64,000 bases of DNA, taken from assembly GCF_009914755.1 (NCBI RefSeq), contig NC_060925.1. One strand, given 5' to 3'. This document shows positions 1 through 14,839 of this stretch, in pieces; position 1 is the stretch's first letter, and each line of letters begins with the position of its first letter. The translations under genes and the position numbers were made by a program. The DNA is from the human T2T-CHM13v2.0 reference genome, Homo sapiens. The notes beneath the pieces were generated by a model. That model was given only the letters and a program-made list of their open reading frames with translations. It did not search any database and was not told the origin of the DNA.

Positions 1-563
1 AGACTGACAACATAGGGTTTTGGCCCTATGTATCTAGAGGAATGGTAATGCCATTAAATGGGATGGGAGAACTGGAGTTGCAGGCATTGAAAGCAGTGTT
101 TGTTGTTTAATCTAATCTATTAAGGCAGATATGACTATAGCAAGTACATTCAGAATTTACCCATATAATCAATTTAAAATGAAGAAAAAGCAGTACAGTT
201 CCAAGTATGCTCATGTGAGCCTCTGCTAATTTTTATGGTATGTTGACATAACTTGCAATTTATGATAAATTATTTCACTTCTTTAAGATTTTGTTTTTGG
301 TTAATTTTCAGTTAAATACTCAACTATCAGAATATGTTTTTTTATGATGATTACATTTCAATTCTCACCCTCTAATGAAATTAACTTATTTCCCTTAAGA
401 AAGATTAGACCATTTAGAATTTACAATTCATTCAATGACACATTTCTTGCAATATTAAGCTTAAGCTTCAAGATATATTTGATTCCTCAGTGAGCGGGTG
501 TGACCATTTTAAATGTACTTATCACTTGAAAACATTCCACATTTTCTTTTTATTTTTAATATA

Positions 564-577
564 GTTACCATGGTAAC
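564..577. promoter_or_regulatory. Perfect palindromic RFX X-box-like motif GTTACCATGGTAAC
   Basis: 14-bp perfect palindrome fitting the RFX consensus GTNRCC-N(0-3)-RGYAAC, in apparently non-repeat DNA; function not shown. Confidence 0.45.
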
Positions 578-1789
578 CATAGCTGTTTCTTGATATTTTG
601 CCTCAAAAAAACAGCCATGTCATTTTAGACAGACATGGTGGGGAACAGCATTTCTAAATCTCTCTACATCTTTTTCTCTTTATTATGATGATGATATAAT
701 GTAATGATAATTTTAAAATTCTGACTATATAATGTCAACTTTTCTTGCTCCTGGGTTTGTGGTATGTCTTTGTTCTATTTGCTTCATGTTGCTATAATGT
801 AAATATTAAATAACTACCTGATTTTATCACTTAAGCAATAGTCATTCTATTAGAGTTGCGTGGTGTGAAAATTGACTACCAGTGTGAGCTAGAACCTTGG
901 ATCAAACTACATAATGAGTAGTTATATAAATTATTTGCAAAGCCTGTAACAATGGTGACAATTGTTGCTAAAATGCTCTGAATATTTAAGAGTTGAACTG
1001 TGTAATGTGCTGTATATACAAGTCTAAACTTTTAAACTTTAAAATTTGTGTCCTGTTGCAAGATTTCCATTTTATCTGAATAATTTTCTATTTAAGCTAA
1101 TTTTAGCTAAGTTTTAAATCCTTTTTTAACAGAAAACCTGTTACAGAAGACACCTGCTATTTGATTATTCAATATGTCTCTTACCTTTTAAGACTGAAAC
1201 TTGATTTTCTTTAGAGTGGCATTATCCCAGCTTCTTTAGGACAGAAAGATTGCTAAGCTATAAGAGGCTGAGTTGTCAGTACTTCTAGGAAATATTCATA
1301 AAAGATCTTAACCCAACTCTGAGGTACACCTTTCTGCTATTTTCCTCTTCATCTTACATATGTTCTATGTCAATGGCATCATGCCTCAGCAGGAACATTG
1401 GGCCATGTGGTCCTTTGAGCATAGAAACCTTGGGCTAAAGATGGCCAGAAATAAAGAAAACAGACTGAGCTCCTTATGTAACTCTGGAGCCCACATGGCA
1501 GCTCTGTACTATCTACCTCTGGATTTGATGGGATATATATATTATATGTATAATATAAGACTTTGTGGATTAAGTCATAAAGATTTCTTTTATTACGTTG
1601 ACACAAAAGTAATTGCGATTTTTGTCATTACTTGTAACATATGTTGGCAAATATAAATTGTGTACCTTGTATAATAAATCCAGTTGTTTAGTGTATATGA
1701 TTTTTTATATTCAGCATCTGGTGTTAATGTTAATAATTCTCTGTGAGGCTAGCTTTATTTTTGTTCTATATGAGCTACCTTGAATATTT

Positions 1790-1945
1790 TCATTAAACCC
1801 TAACAGCTCTATGAAGCATATTATTATCTCAATTGTGGAGATGAAAAGAACAAAGCAATAGAGTGGTTAAGGATTTTTTTCCAGGTCATACGTCTTCTGG
1901 AATACTGAGTTGTCATTTGAATCCACCTAGCTTGACTAGCGGCCA
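1790..1945 (-). mobile_element. MIR SINE fragment
   Basis: attattatctcaattgtggagatgaaaa...gagtggttaagga...ccaggtcatac...atttgaatccacct resembles the reverse-complemented MIR core. Confidence 0.55.
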
Positions 1946-1974
1946 CATTCTCAGCAAATGGTTTTACCTAATGC

Positions 1975-2328
1975 TGTTATGGATTAAATGTGTTCCCTAA
2001 ATTGTATGTGTTGGAAATGTAATCCCCAAATTTACATGTTGATTGGAAACGAGGCCTTTGGGAGGTAATTATTATTAGATAAGGACATCAGGGTGAGGTG
2101 CCCATGGTAGGACTGATGGCTTTATAAGAAAAGAAAGAGAGACATTGGATGACATACATGTTCTTGCTCTCTTGCCATCTGATATCTTCTGCCGTTTAGT
2201 GATACACCAAATAATAGCCTCTTGATCTTGAACTTCTCAGCCTCCCAAACTATAAGAAAAGAAATTATTTTCCTTATAAATTACCCAGTCTGTGGTATTC
2301 TGCTGTGGCAAAGAAAATGGACTAAGAT
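1975..2328 (+). mobile_element. MaLR solo LTR (MST family, MSTC/D-like)
   Basis: Starts tgttatggattaaatgtg...aatccccaa, contains gaggcctttgggaggtaatt and cttgatcttgaacttctcagcctcc, ends ttataaattacccagtctgtggtattctg...ggactaaga. Confidence 0.8.
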
Positions 2329-3074
2329 GTATGCCTTCTAGACAGTTTTAGATTTGATTGAAATTCAGCCCCAAAATGAAGTTTTTAAAAGAGTATTTTC
2401 TTGCTAAAGAGAACTAGCTAAAAATTAAATTAATAAGATCACAATGATATGTAATGTTACTTAACAGCCTATTATTTTATTAACTAGTTCCACAAACATT
2501 TTTTTATTGTTTAAAGTATAGTGATTCAAGAAAAGAAGCTGGTGAAAGAAAAATAAAAGAAAGTTTCTTCTCTTAATAGACTTACCATTAATTGTCTACA
2601 GATCAAAATAGCAAAGCAAAATTCGGTCACAAGAAGATTAAAACTAAAGAAAAATAATCATAACATTTTAAATCAAGAAATAAAATTTTAGAAACTCCTC
2701 TGACCATCTATGAGATTTAGCAAAATGGGTCCTATGGTGTCAGAAATATTAACATTTCTTGAGTGAACACAGTCTACTGGAAGATAGGCTAAGTTCAGTA
2801 TAGAAGTTATTAATTCAAACAACATTACGCCTAGGTGCAATGCTGTCTTCATTTATAGATGGAGACATTGAGAACTAACGGGATACTTCTTGTATTCAAA
2901 TGCAGATTCCATAAGACTAGAAATACTCTCTTGTTTCATGCTATATTGCTTATCCTAAAATAGTATTTGTCACATAGTAAATATTCAATATCATCAGCTG
3001 TAAATAAAATCACATACCTGCGAAGAGATGGAGTTGCCTGAATAACTCTGGCTTGTCTAACTCTAAATGCAAGG

Positions 3075-3388
<314 letters not shown>

Positions 3389-3630
3389 TGTACAATGCAA
3401 CTTCTAAATCACTATTCAGTAGTTAAATTTGAGAGAAGTTAAAAATAGGATTCGGGAGAGACAGTTTAAAAATAGATACTAACATAATAGATAATTATCA
3501 TGCCTAGATATTTCTTCTTGAGTAGGAGCCCTTGACAATTAAAAGAAAGCCAGGAATTTTAATGCCAAGTTAATGTTGAACAAATTAGGCACACACATAC
3601 ATAACTTAGTCCACAGGTATAGACAGTGAT

Positions 3631-3631
<1 letters not shown>

Positions 3632-3669
<38 letters not shown>
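3632..3669. repeat. (CA)n microsatellite
   Basis: About 19 CA units seen directly. Confidence 0.95.
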
Positions 3670-3671
<2 letters not shown>

Positions 3672-4743
3672 CTCATACATATCTGCAGAGTTTTTGTGTT
3701 ATTGTTTTAAAAAAATTGAAAGAGGATAATTATGAAGATTACCTTTTAAACTTGTGTTTCGCCTGTGACTCTGCCTTTTTTGCCTCTGTTAACAGAAATC
3801 TGAGAAATTAGAAATGCATTTGCTGAATTGAAGAACCCATTAGAGACTCTCAACAGGAGAATGGGTCTTGCTGAGGAGTCAGTGACCTCTCAGGCCACCT
3901 ATTTGAAAATACAAAGTCAGAGGAAAAAAACGAAAAAAAGAATGAAAATGAATTAAGACTGCCTACGAGATACAGAAAATTACCTCAAAAGACTAAATCT
4001 GAGTTATCAGTGCTCAAAAGGGAATCAAACAAGAGCAAGTGGTAGAAAGTTTTTTCAAGGAAAGAATAACAGAAAACTTACCAACTCTTGAGATAGATAT
4101 ACATATCTAGGTACAGGAAGATCTGAGAGCACCAAGCAGATTCAACTCAAATAAGAATACCATAAGACACTGAATAATCAGACTGTCAAAGGTCAAGGAC
4201 AAAGAGAGAATACTAAAGGCAGCAAGAGAAGAAAAGCAAATAACATATAAAGGAATTCCAATCCATCTGGCAGCAGATTTCACAATGGAAATCTTATAGG
4301 CCAGCGGGGAGTGGAACATGTTCAAAAGCTCAAAGAAGAAAACTGATATGAAAGAATATTGCATTCAGCAAAATTATCCTTCAGATATGAAGGAGAAATA
4401 AAGTTTTTCCAAGACAATCAAAAACTGAGAAAATTTACCATCGCCAGACCCATTGCAAGAAATACTAAAGGGAGTTCTTCAACCTGAAAGAACTGAAAAA
4501 AAAAAAAAACTAATATGCAAAAAGAAAATTTTGCAATGTATAAAACACAATGGTAAGTTTAAGTATAGAGACAAACCCGGAATACTCTATTGCTGTAATT
4601 GTGGTGTGCATTCCACTCCTAACTCTAGTATGAAGTTTAGAAGACAAATATATCAAAAACCATAGTAGGTTACAGCAACCTGTTAAGAGATAGATAACAA
4701 ATAAATATGTAAATAGAGACAAGTAACCCAAAATATGAGTCAC

Positions 4744-4862
4744 ATAAAGTGTGTATATATATAATATATATATACACACTTTATATATAAGTATATATAT
4801 ATACACACTTTATATATAAGTAAATATATACACACTTTATATATAAGTATATATATATATAT
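4744..4862. repeat. AT-rich palindrome plus three 27-29 bp tandem units (tatatacacactttatatataag)
   Basis: Arms 4744-4763 and 4765-4784 are exact reverse complements; the right arm recurs at 4792-4820 and 4821-4847. Confidence 0.9.
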
Positions 4863-5062
4863 TTGTATTTTTACCTTTATATCTATTCTTAATTGTGATC
4901 TAAGACAAATTTTCATCTAATTGAAAAACATATCTATGAGATGTTTTTGTAAGCCTCATGGCAACAACAATGCAAAAACCTATAATAGATTAAAAAAAGC
5001 AATAAATGAAAACATGTAACCAGAGAAAATCACTTAACCACAAAGAAATACAGGAAGAAAGG

Positions 5063-5465
<403 letters not shown>

Positions 5466-8400
5466 TTACTTATCAATAAGAATGCTGAATGTAAATGATC
5501 TGAATACCCTAAGTCAAAGGCGTGAAGTAGCTAAACAGATAAAGAAACATGACCCAACCATATTCTGGCTTCAAGAAAACCAATTCACCCTTAAAAACAC
5601 ACATAGTCTGAAAATGAAGGGATGAAAAAAATAGTCCATGCTACTGGAAACCAAAAAAGAGCAGGAGCAGCTATACATATATTGAATAAAATAGACTACA
5701 AAACTAATATTCCAGAAAGAGACAAATAAGGTTAGAAAATGGTGATAAAGGAGTCAATTCATTAGGAGGTTATATTACAAATATTTATGCACCCAACATC
5801 AGAGCTTCCAAGTACATAAAGCAAAGAATAATAGATCTAAAGGGAGAGATAGAGTGTAATGCAATAATATTGGGGGATTTTAATACCTCACTCTCAATAA
5901 TGGACAGATCATTCAGACAGAAAATGAACAAGGAAACAGTGCATTTAAACTACACAATATATCTAATAGGCTTAACTGACATTTACAGAACATTTCACCC
6001 AATTGCTGCAGGATACACATTCTTTTCATCACCACATGGAACATTTTCTAGAATAGACCATATATCAGGCCATAAAACAAGACTAAGCAAATTCAAAAAA
6101 TAGAAATTATATCTAGTGCCTTTTCTCACCAAAATGGAATAAAACTAGAAATCAGTTACAAGAAGAACCTTGATAAATAAGCTAATATATGGAAATTAAA
6201 CAACATGCTCCTGAATGACTAAAGGGTGAATAAAAAAATTAAGAAGACAACTTCTTAAAATAGATTAGATTGAAAAAAGAAATGCAACATACCAAAACCA
6301 TGTGTTACAGCAAAAGCAGTGCAGTAAGAAGTTTATAGCAATAAACAACTATATCAAATAAGTAGAAAGACTTCAAATAAAAAACTTAATAATGTACCTC
6401 AACCATTAGAAATACAAAAACAAAAAAAATCCAAAATTAGCAGAAGGAAAGATAATAAATATCTGAGCAGAAATAAGTGAAATTGCGACTGAAATCAATA
6501 CAGAAGCTTAATGAAACAAAAAGTTGGTTTTTTGAAAAGGTAAACAAAATTGACAAAACTTTGAACAAAGAGAAAAGAACCAAATAAATAAAATTAGAAA
6601 TGAAAAAGGATGCATACCTGAGACCTCAAAAATATGAAGAGTTTTCAGAGACTGTTCTGAATAACTATATACCAACAAATTGGATAACCTAGAAGAAATA
6701 AGTTCCTGGAAACATACAACCTACATAGATTGAACCCTGAAGAAACTGAAAACCTCAACAAATTAATAACGAGTAACAAGATCTAAACTGTAGTAAAAAA
6801 AAAAAAAAAAAAAAAGCTTTCCATAAAAGTAAATCTCAGGACCTGATGGCTTCACTGCTGAATTTAACCCATCATTTAAAGAACTAATACCAATCCTACT
6901 CAACTCAACAATAAATTAAAGAGAAGAGAATATTTCCAAACTCATTCTATGAGGCCATTACCACGATACCAAAACCAGACAAGAATACAACAAAAAAGAA
7001 AACTACAGGCCAATAACATTGATGAACACAGATGCAAATTCCTCAACAAAATACTAGCAAACCAAATTCAACAACACATTAAAAAGACAATTCACCATGG
7101 TCAAGTGAGATTTAGTCCAGGAATACAAGAATAGTTAAACATACACCAATCTGTAAATGTGACATTCCACATTAAGAGAATTAAGAACAAAAATCATATT
7201 ATTATTTCAATAGGTAGACAAAACCCAGTTGATATAACATTGCTTTATTAAAAACTCTAATCAAAACGGTTATAGAAGAAACATATCTCAAAATAATAAA
7301 GGCCATACATGACAAACCCAGAGTTAGTATTCTGAGCAGGGAAAAATTAAAGTCCCTTCTTCTAAGGACTGGAACAAGACAGGATGCCCACTTTCCCCAT
7401 TTTTATTTCATGTAACACAGAAAGTCCTGGTTAGAATGATTAGGCAAGAGAAAGAAATAACAGTCATCTAAATTGGAAAAGAAGAAACCAAATTAGTCTT
7501 GTTTGCAGATGACATAGTCTTAAACCTAGAAAAACATGAAGACTATCACACATTTTCTAGAATTGAGAAATGAGTTTACTAACGTTGCAGGATACAAAAT
7601 CAACATACAAAAATCAGTAACATTTATATACATCAACAATAAATAATCTGAAAAGGAAACCAGTAAATCAATCCCTTTAGCAACAAAAATATAAAGTATC
7701 TAGGAATCCTTCTAATTAAAGGAGTGAAACATCTCTACAAGAAAAACTATAAAATTCTAATGAAAGAAATAGAAGGGAACACAAAAAAGTTGGAAAGATA
7801 GTCCATGCTCAAGGGTTAGAAAAATTAATGTTCAAATGACAATATCAACAAAAGCAATTTACAGATTTCATGCAACCCCAATCAAAATTTACTACCAAGC
7901 CATCATAACCAAAAAGAGACATATAGACCAATGGAACAGAAAATAAAACCCAGATATAAATTCACACATCTACAGGTAACTCATTTTCAACGAAGATACC
8001 AAGAGCACACGATGGAGAAAGGATAGTCTTCTTAATAAATGGTAGCAGGAAAACTGGATAACTGTCTACTGAAAAATAAAACTAAATCCTTATCTCTCAC
8101 CATACACGAAAATCAAATAAAAATGGATTAAGGATTTAAATCTAAGACCTGAAACTATGAAACTGCTAGAGAAAAAAAAAACACCTGGGAAACATTCCAG
8201 GACACTGGTCTTGGCAAAGACTTTTTGAGTAAGACCTCAAAAGCACAGGCAACCAAAGCAAAAATAGGCAAATCCGACTAAATCAAGCTAAAAATGCTTC
8301 TGTACAGCAAAGGAAACAATCGATAAAATAAAGAGACAATTCCCAGAAAGGGAGAAAATATTTGAAATCTATCCATCTGACAAGATTAATAACCATAATA

Positions 8401-9759
8401 TATAATAAGCTCAAACAATTCAATAGCAAAATAAGAAGAAGAATCCAAAATGGGCAAAATAATTGAACAGACATTTCTCAAAAAAGACATAAAAATGGCC
8501 AACAGGTATATTACGAATTGCTCAACATCACTAATCATCAAATAAATGCAAATCAAACCACAATGAGATATTATCTTATACAAGTTAAAATGGCTTGTCT
8601 AAAAATTACAGACAGTAACAGATGCTGGCAAAGATGTGGAGAATGAGGAACCCTTGTACACTGTTGGTGGGGATGTAAATTATATATTTAAAATACAGTC
8701 ACTGTGGGGAACAGTATGGAGGTTCCTCAAAAACTAAAAATAGAACTATCATATGATCCAGCCATTCTACTACTGGGTATATATATCCAAAAGAAAGGAA
8801 ATCAGTATATGAAAGAGATATATGCACTGCATAGTAGCAAAAATATGGTATCAAAGTAAGTGTGCATCAATGAATGAATGGATAAAGAAAATATGACATA
8901 CATACACACAATGGAATATTATTCAACCATAAAAAAGCATGAAATCCTGTCTGCCACAACTTGGATGGAACTGAAGTCCATTATAGTAAATGAAATAAAC
9001 CAAGCACAGACAGGTAAGTATTGCATGTTCTCACTCACATCTGGCAGCTAAAAATGTGGATGTCATGAAGATAGAGAGTAGAATGGTGATTACCGCAGGC
9101 TGGGAATGGTAGGGGGAAGGGATATCGAAGGGAGGAAAAAGACACAAAATAAATCACAATGTGAGGACAGCCTCTCTTTATTGAATTAGAAATAAATATT
9201 AATTTGAATATAATAGTTTAAGATGAACACACTACACACATTTCCTCTTTTGGTTTTTAGATGTTTTTCCCTCTGATCCATTATTCTTGTACTTTAGTGG
9301 AGTGTTTAGGACAAGATTCTTATTGGGGTTATTGGGATAATTTTGATGGTACTTGTTATTTGATTCTTAAATAGGTGATTACATAGCTTATCTAAAATTT
9401 AGAGATTTTTGAGTAATGCTATTTCTTTGAAAGCACAATTACTTAATTTTGGATTGCTCATTATAATGAATTAATTGTAATCACATTAAAAAGGTACTGC
9501 TATGATAGACTCCTTAGGAAACATGGAAGCATCATATTATCAACTTCAAAAACAACTGAATCTAGATTTTGTAAAATCATCTTGCATGTATTAAGTTTGC
9601 CTTCTGCATATTTTAAGGAGGGCTCTGAGTCTAACAAATAGCGTAAATGTTTATTGGTTACTGTTTGAAAATTTTTCAAGAGACTCTAGAATGATACAAC
9701 ATACGAATATAGTCTATTTCACTAAGGATATTAAGATCAAACAGAAAATTCAATATGAC

Positions 9760-9875
9760 AGTGAAGCATATGAGTTTAGTGTATAGACTTAGTGGGTCTG
9801 AAACTTAACAGTGCCACGTACTTTATTTGAGACCCTGAACAAGTTACTTAAATTTACTGTGCCTCAATTTCTACA
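9760..9875 (+). mobile_element. MIR fragment
   Basis: gaccctgaacaagttacttaaatttactgtgcctcaatttct is a MIR core motif. Confidence 0.65.
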
Positions 9876-12614
9876 GATATATATATATATTATACTATAT
9901 AATATATATTAGGATTACATATATCCTACAGTCAGACATCTTTTCTATGCTCTTATAGTATCTTGCAATTTATTATAATAACAATTAAGAAAAAATATTT
10001 TTGTTCATTATATATATTTACCTATACTTTATTGCTCTATGATTGCAGCAGTCATCCTTTTATGTTCATAGCTGTACTTCTTTGCCAAATACATGGCTAT
10101 TACTTAGTGAGTATTAAGTAGTATCTTCCCATAATTAAAATTATGTATAAATGTATATTTGAATGCAAATTAAACTCTTTTATTAAACTAAATCCTTCCT
10201 AGACTGGTGGTCTCTAACACCACAAAAATGTAGTTCCCAGATAAATAACCTAGGCAACTGCCGAGTCAACTGGGCTAGTCAACTAAATACCTAGACCACC
10301 TAAACACCCTGGTCAACTGGAAATGCATATATTTCCAAAAGTAGATTAGAAAAAAATGAGAATAATTAATAATGAACTGAACAATACTAGAGTTTGATTT
10401 AGAGACAACAATGTGGAGAAGGAAAAGATTTTCACTACCTTGTTCTTGCTAAATATCTCTCACTTTGGAACTGTGATAACTTGGACAATCTCTCTGATTT
10501 GTAGTCCCAATCACAGTCTTAGGCTAGCTTTATTGCTACAATTAAGATAATATGCATAAATATGATACATGAGCTATAAAATGCATCTCATTGCCAACAT
10601 TCTCATCTCAGTTTTAAGCACAGGGCACAGAAACCTAAAGTGAAAACTCCACACTATATATCATATCAAAACATAACAGAGGCAAGTATTACAAAATTAA
10701 ATTAATATTTTATACTATTGTATAATATAGAAATAGCTACATATGTATTATATACTACCAGGATTTTCACTTGTGAATGATATATTTACCTCATCATTAT
10801 AATAATGCTTAACCAAGCAACAGATGTTCATTTTGAGGAAGCTATTATTGTAACATAGATTGTTAAGGTTAGCATAGTGACAAAACCACAAACCGCTTAC
10901 AGCCACGAGTCCTTCTTCTCCCAGTAGCACTATAGTTTAACTTTATCTTTCTTTGACCTAAATTCAATAAAAGGGGGAAAAAGAATCCCTGTGTCTTTAA
11001 AATACTGTTAAACCACCACAGTTCAGTAATTTATTTGGCTTTAGCCTTTGCAAGCTAACTGTCTGTAGTTGCAACTTTACAGATTTTATGTATTCAGTTT
11101 GAAAAAAAAAAAAAGGCTTTTTTTTCCCCCAAAAGAAGCTAGCTGTTAACAGAAAGAAGAGAAAAACAAGATTTATCTTATCCAGCTCCATCCAAAACAA
11201 GGTGCTATGCTTTCTGTGACTTCAATTTGACAAGTAAAGCCCTGGGCAGGCATGTAGTATCACTGCTTGTCACTATAAGGCAACAGACTGGAAAAGACAT
11301 GAGATAGTGTAGAAATAAGCAAGTGTAGCAGGTAACTAATTAAGATTAGGAGTGCACGCTGGAAGATTTTCTAAATCCAAGACACCCAATCCTTCCATAT
11401 CTACTGTAATACAAAACATATACAGCTGGCATGCAACAAGCTCATCTTGGAAAATGTATGCTTTTTGCTTTGTAAAATTTAAAGTAAAAATGGTAGATGA
11501 AATGAAAATCTGCAAGTGAGGCAAAATCTGTGTTGACTGCCTTTGTTGTAGAAGTTTGTCTCATTCTGAAATAAATCTTGATTTATTCCAAATTAGGAGA
11601 TTTAAGTATTTCAATTTCCAATTTAAAAATAATTCCTTCTCTTTGTCTCTGGCAGTATATAATATGTATGTGTATAAACATATATTCACCTTAAAATTTA
11701 ATATGTGAATACCAAAATATTACATAGAATTATGTGTAGTCTTGTTTCGCCACTGTTCATTTTTTCTCATATTTAACTCTCATGAAAATTTCCCTCATTT
11801 TTTTGAGTGTTGTTTCTATCATTTTATTTCAGTCATTTCATTCTTTATTTTCTTCTATTTTTCCTTTGCTCTACAGTCATTTGGGGCATTGTTTTCTGTA
11901 TCAAGATCTTTTTACACAGACTATATTGCATGGGAAGGCGGCATGCAAGAGTAATGATATGCAAGGTGATTTTTAAAATAAAATATGACAACTGTTGAAA
12001 AAGCATGTTTTATCTATTTCTCATTGCATTTTCTCTTTTTTGATACTGTATAGAATCATTAGGATAAACCAGTTGGCAATATACTCAGAATGAAGAAAAC
12101 AGTGCAATCCCTGTCTTCCAGGAAATTATAACAGGTTAGGAAAAAGTCACAAAGTGCTTCACCGCATTTTTTTTTCCTCATGTGTTATTCATCAGTATTT
12201 CCATGAACTTCCTCAGGTTACTCAGGATCCAAGATAGCATTATACTTACATCATTTATAACAATTGAAGCTCAGAACAAACAGATGTGAGGTTGAAAATG
12301 AATCACCTGAATAGCAGCAGTTAAGAATTCTTCACACTTAGCATACACAGTGACCTCCTGACGGAAAAGAGCAATTTTCAGCTGATTGATCACACTCATT
12401 TTCCTTTTTCTGAAATTATTATTCTAAAGAAATAATACTGACTGAGTTATTCTGGCCCTGTTTTTCATAATGTCTCCATTGTATTTCCATGTAGTTACCT
12501 TGAGTTTATGGAATTGTCTCTGTTGCAACTCAGAAGTCATGGTTCAGCTATTGAATCAGGAAGTTCTGGATATTTTAGAGTTACTTGAAACTTTTTAGGT
12601 CTTATAGTTCATTT

Positions 12615-12920
12615 GGATGGAGCTGGAGGCTATTATCCTTAGCAAACTAATGCAAGAACAAAACCCCTCACTTATAAGTGGGAGATAAATGATGAGAACA
12701 CCTGGACACAAAGAGAAGAACAACAGACACAGGGGCCTACCTTAGGGTGGAGGGTGGGAGGAAGGCAAAGAGCAAATAAAATTAACTAATGGGTACTAGG
12801 TTTAGTAGCTGGGTGACAAAGTAATCTGTACAAGAACCCCCAGTGACATGAGTTTACCTATATAACAAACCTGCACATGTGCCCCTGAACCTAAAACGAA
12901 ATTTTAAAAACAAACAAAAA
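12615..12920 (+). mobile_element. L1PA13-16-like 3' end fragment
   Basis: ggatggagctggaggctattatccttagcaaactaa...gggtactagg...aacaaacctgcacatgtgcccctgaacctaaaa plus A-rich tail. Confidence 0.85.
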
Positions 12921-13596
12921 TCATAACAATGTCAACATGTGTCCATTTTTAATGGGATTCCATTAAGCTGTGTATATCTTGCCAATTGGCAACCTCTGAA
13001 CTAGCTGGTGAGCATTTGTCAAAGTATTTTCTTAATTTCAGTTCCATTATTTTGCCAACTCAGTTTTGTAAACCAACTGGATCACAATGAAAACTGCTTA
13101 GGAAAGGTAAAAGCTGCCAGCAGATATTTCTTGTAATTTCCAAATATTACACTTAGTAAAAGAAATAAAACTAGTAGAAAATGTAAGCTAACAATTTAAT
13201 GTTTTACAGTGCTTATAATCTTGTTACTTTCCTCCTTCATTACTATTTCTTGGTTTATCTAGACTTTTTTCAGGATTGTATATATTTTAACTCCCCTTGT
13301 CTGGTTGAAAAAAAAAAAACTTAGCCTCCATCTTCATAGTTTCTGAGTAGTGCATTTTGTATATAATTGAAATACTTTTCCTCTAACTTTCATATATAAA
13401 AAACTACAGCACAATGAGGAAACAGCCTGCTGGTCTCTGCACATAAATCCTATGACCCCAAGGAGGTTATAGCTCTCTTTTGTTACTATTCCTCTAATGA
13501 CATAAGCCTGAAATATCCACCTGATCGCATTCCTACTAACACACATAAAACCTCCAGGTCATCAAAGTTCATGATGCTGGATATAAAGTTACCCAT

Positions 13597-13808
13597 TTAT
13601 TTTATTTTATTTTTAGCTGACATATTAATTATACACATTTATGATGTACATAGTGGTGTCTTGATATGTATAATGTATAGTGATCCAACCAGCATAATTA
13701 GCATCTCCATTATCTCAAACATTTATGATTTCTTTGTGTTGGGAACATTCAATATCTTCCTTCTAGCTATCTGAAACTATACAATATATTATTGTTTACT
13801 ATAATCAC
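13597..13808 (-). mobile_element. L1MA (L1MA4A/5-like) 3' terminus, 5'-truncated
   Basis: T-rich tail, then the complement of the L1MA 3'UTR (tttctttgtgttgggaacattcaatatc); TSD core acccattt at 13591-13598 and 13816-13823. Confidence 0.8.
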
Positions 13809-14839
13809 ATAAAAAACCCATTTTAAAAATGAGTCATTGTATGTGATTGACTGCTACTCATTTCAACAATTCATACCCAGATGTATATTTGGATTACAAC
13901 ATAGTAAATATGAGAGTGTGATTGTTCAGAGATTTTGCTCTCCTTCAAGAGAATGCTTGTGATGCAAAAACAAATAATTGAAAAGAAACTGAATTTTTCA
14001 TCACATCAGCAAGCTCTGAATAAGTATAGTAGATGACAGTATACACCACTTCAATATGTAATGTTTACACTAACATGACTTTTCTCCTCATGGAAGAATG
14101 TGCCTCTTCCAGCTCGTTCATAAAATTTAATTCCAACATGTGCCACCATATCATGTAAAACCACACATAAAGCAAGATCATGTATTTTTATCCATTGTAA
14201 TTTGTTAAGAAAATAAAAGATACAGTCAAATAAATGTCATTGTATGAAAAACTTGAGAAATCTGAACATCGACCTTACCTGTGATCTCAGATTTCTACAG
14301 TGATTTGCTTACCTATCATTTGTGTTTAATGATGCTGAATTTCTCCTACTACTTCAGGAAATCACAGAAATACATTTCCACTTCTAGGAGCATACTCTTC
14401 CACCAAAATTAACAAACAAATGAACTGGACTATTCACTCTAATCTTCTGTTAATATCTGCAGTAATTTCATGCTGCTTTAAACTAGTCTATTATACACAT
14501 TTTAATAACAATCATTTCTGAAGTAAGAGAGATTGAGTCATTGGGAAAATTGGATTTGCTAAAAAGATGTCAACGACTTGGATTTCTTTAAAAGGGAGCA
14601 ATTTTTCTAGGAACACAGGAAATGGGTCAAATAAATACAATGCCTCCAGAATTTAAAAGAGTACCACAACACACTATATTTCTTTCTTAGTGATGTATAG
14701 TATCATAACTTACTCCCAGTCAGTGGACACCCAAAATGTCAGGCCTTTCCGTCTGCAGTAATTACTTCCCAGTCCCCTGCCAAACGTGTTCTTTCAGTGG
14801 GTCTAAAGGAGTGCCTACAAACTATTGATGGTAAAGGAT

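Noticed and set aside
1360-1656. 98-aa ORF in unique sequence
   Set aside because: No recognisable domain or supporting gene structure; length is compatible with chance
4765-4847. CRISPR-like repeat array
   Set aside because: Units are adjacent with no unique spacers, and the DNA is primate; it is a minisatellite
9140-13808. Idea that the minus-strand L1MA 3' end at 13597-13808 is the inverted missing tail of the L1 ending near 9140
   Set aside because: The small fragment has its own TSD (acccattt on both sides) and looks like a different L1MA subfamily, so it is an independent insertion
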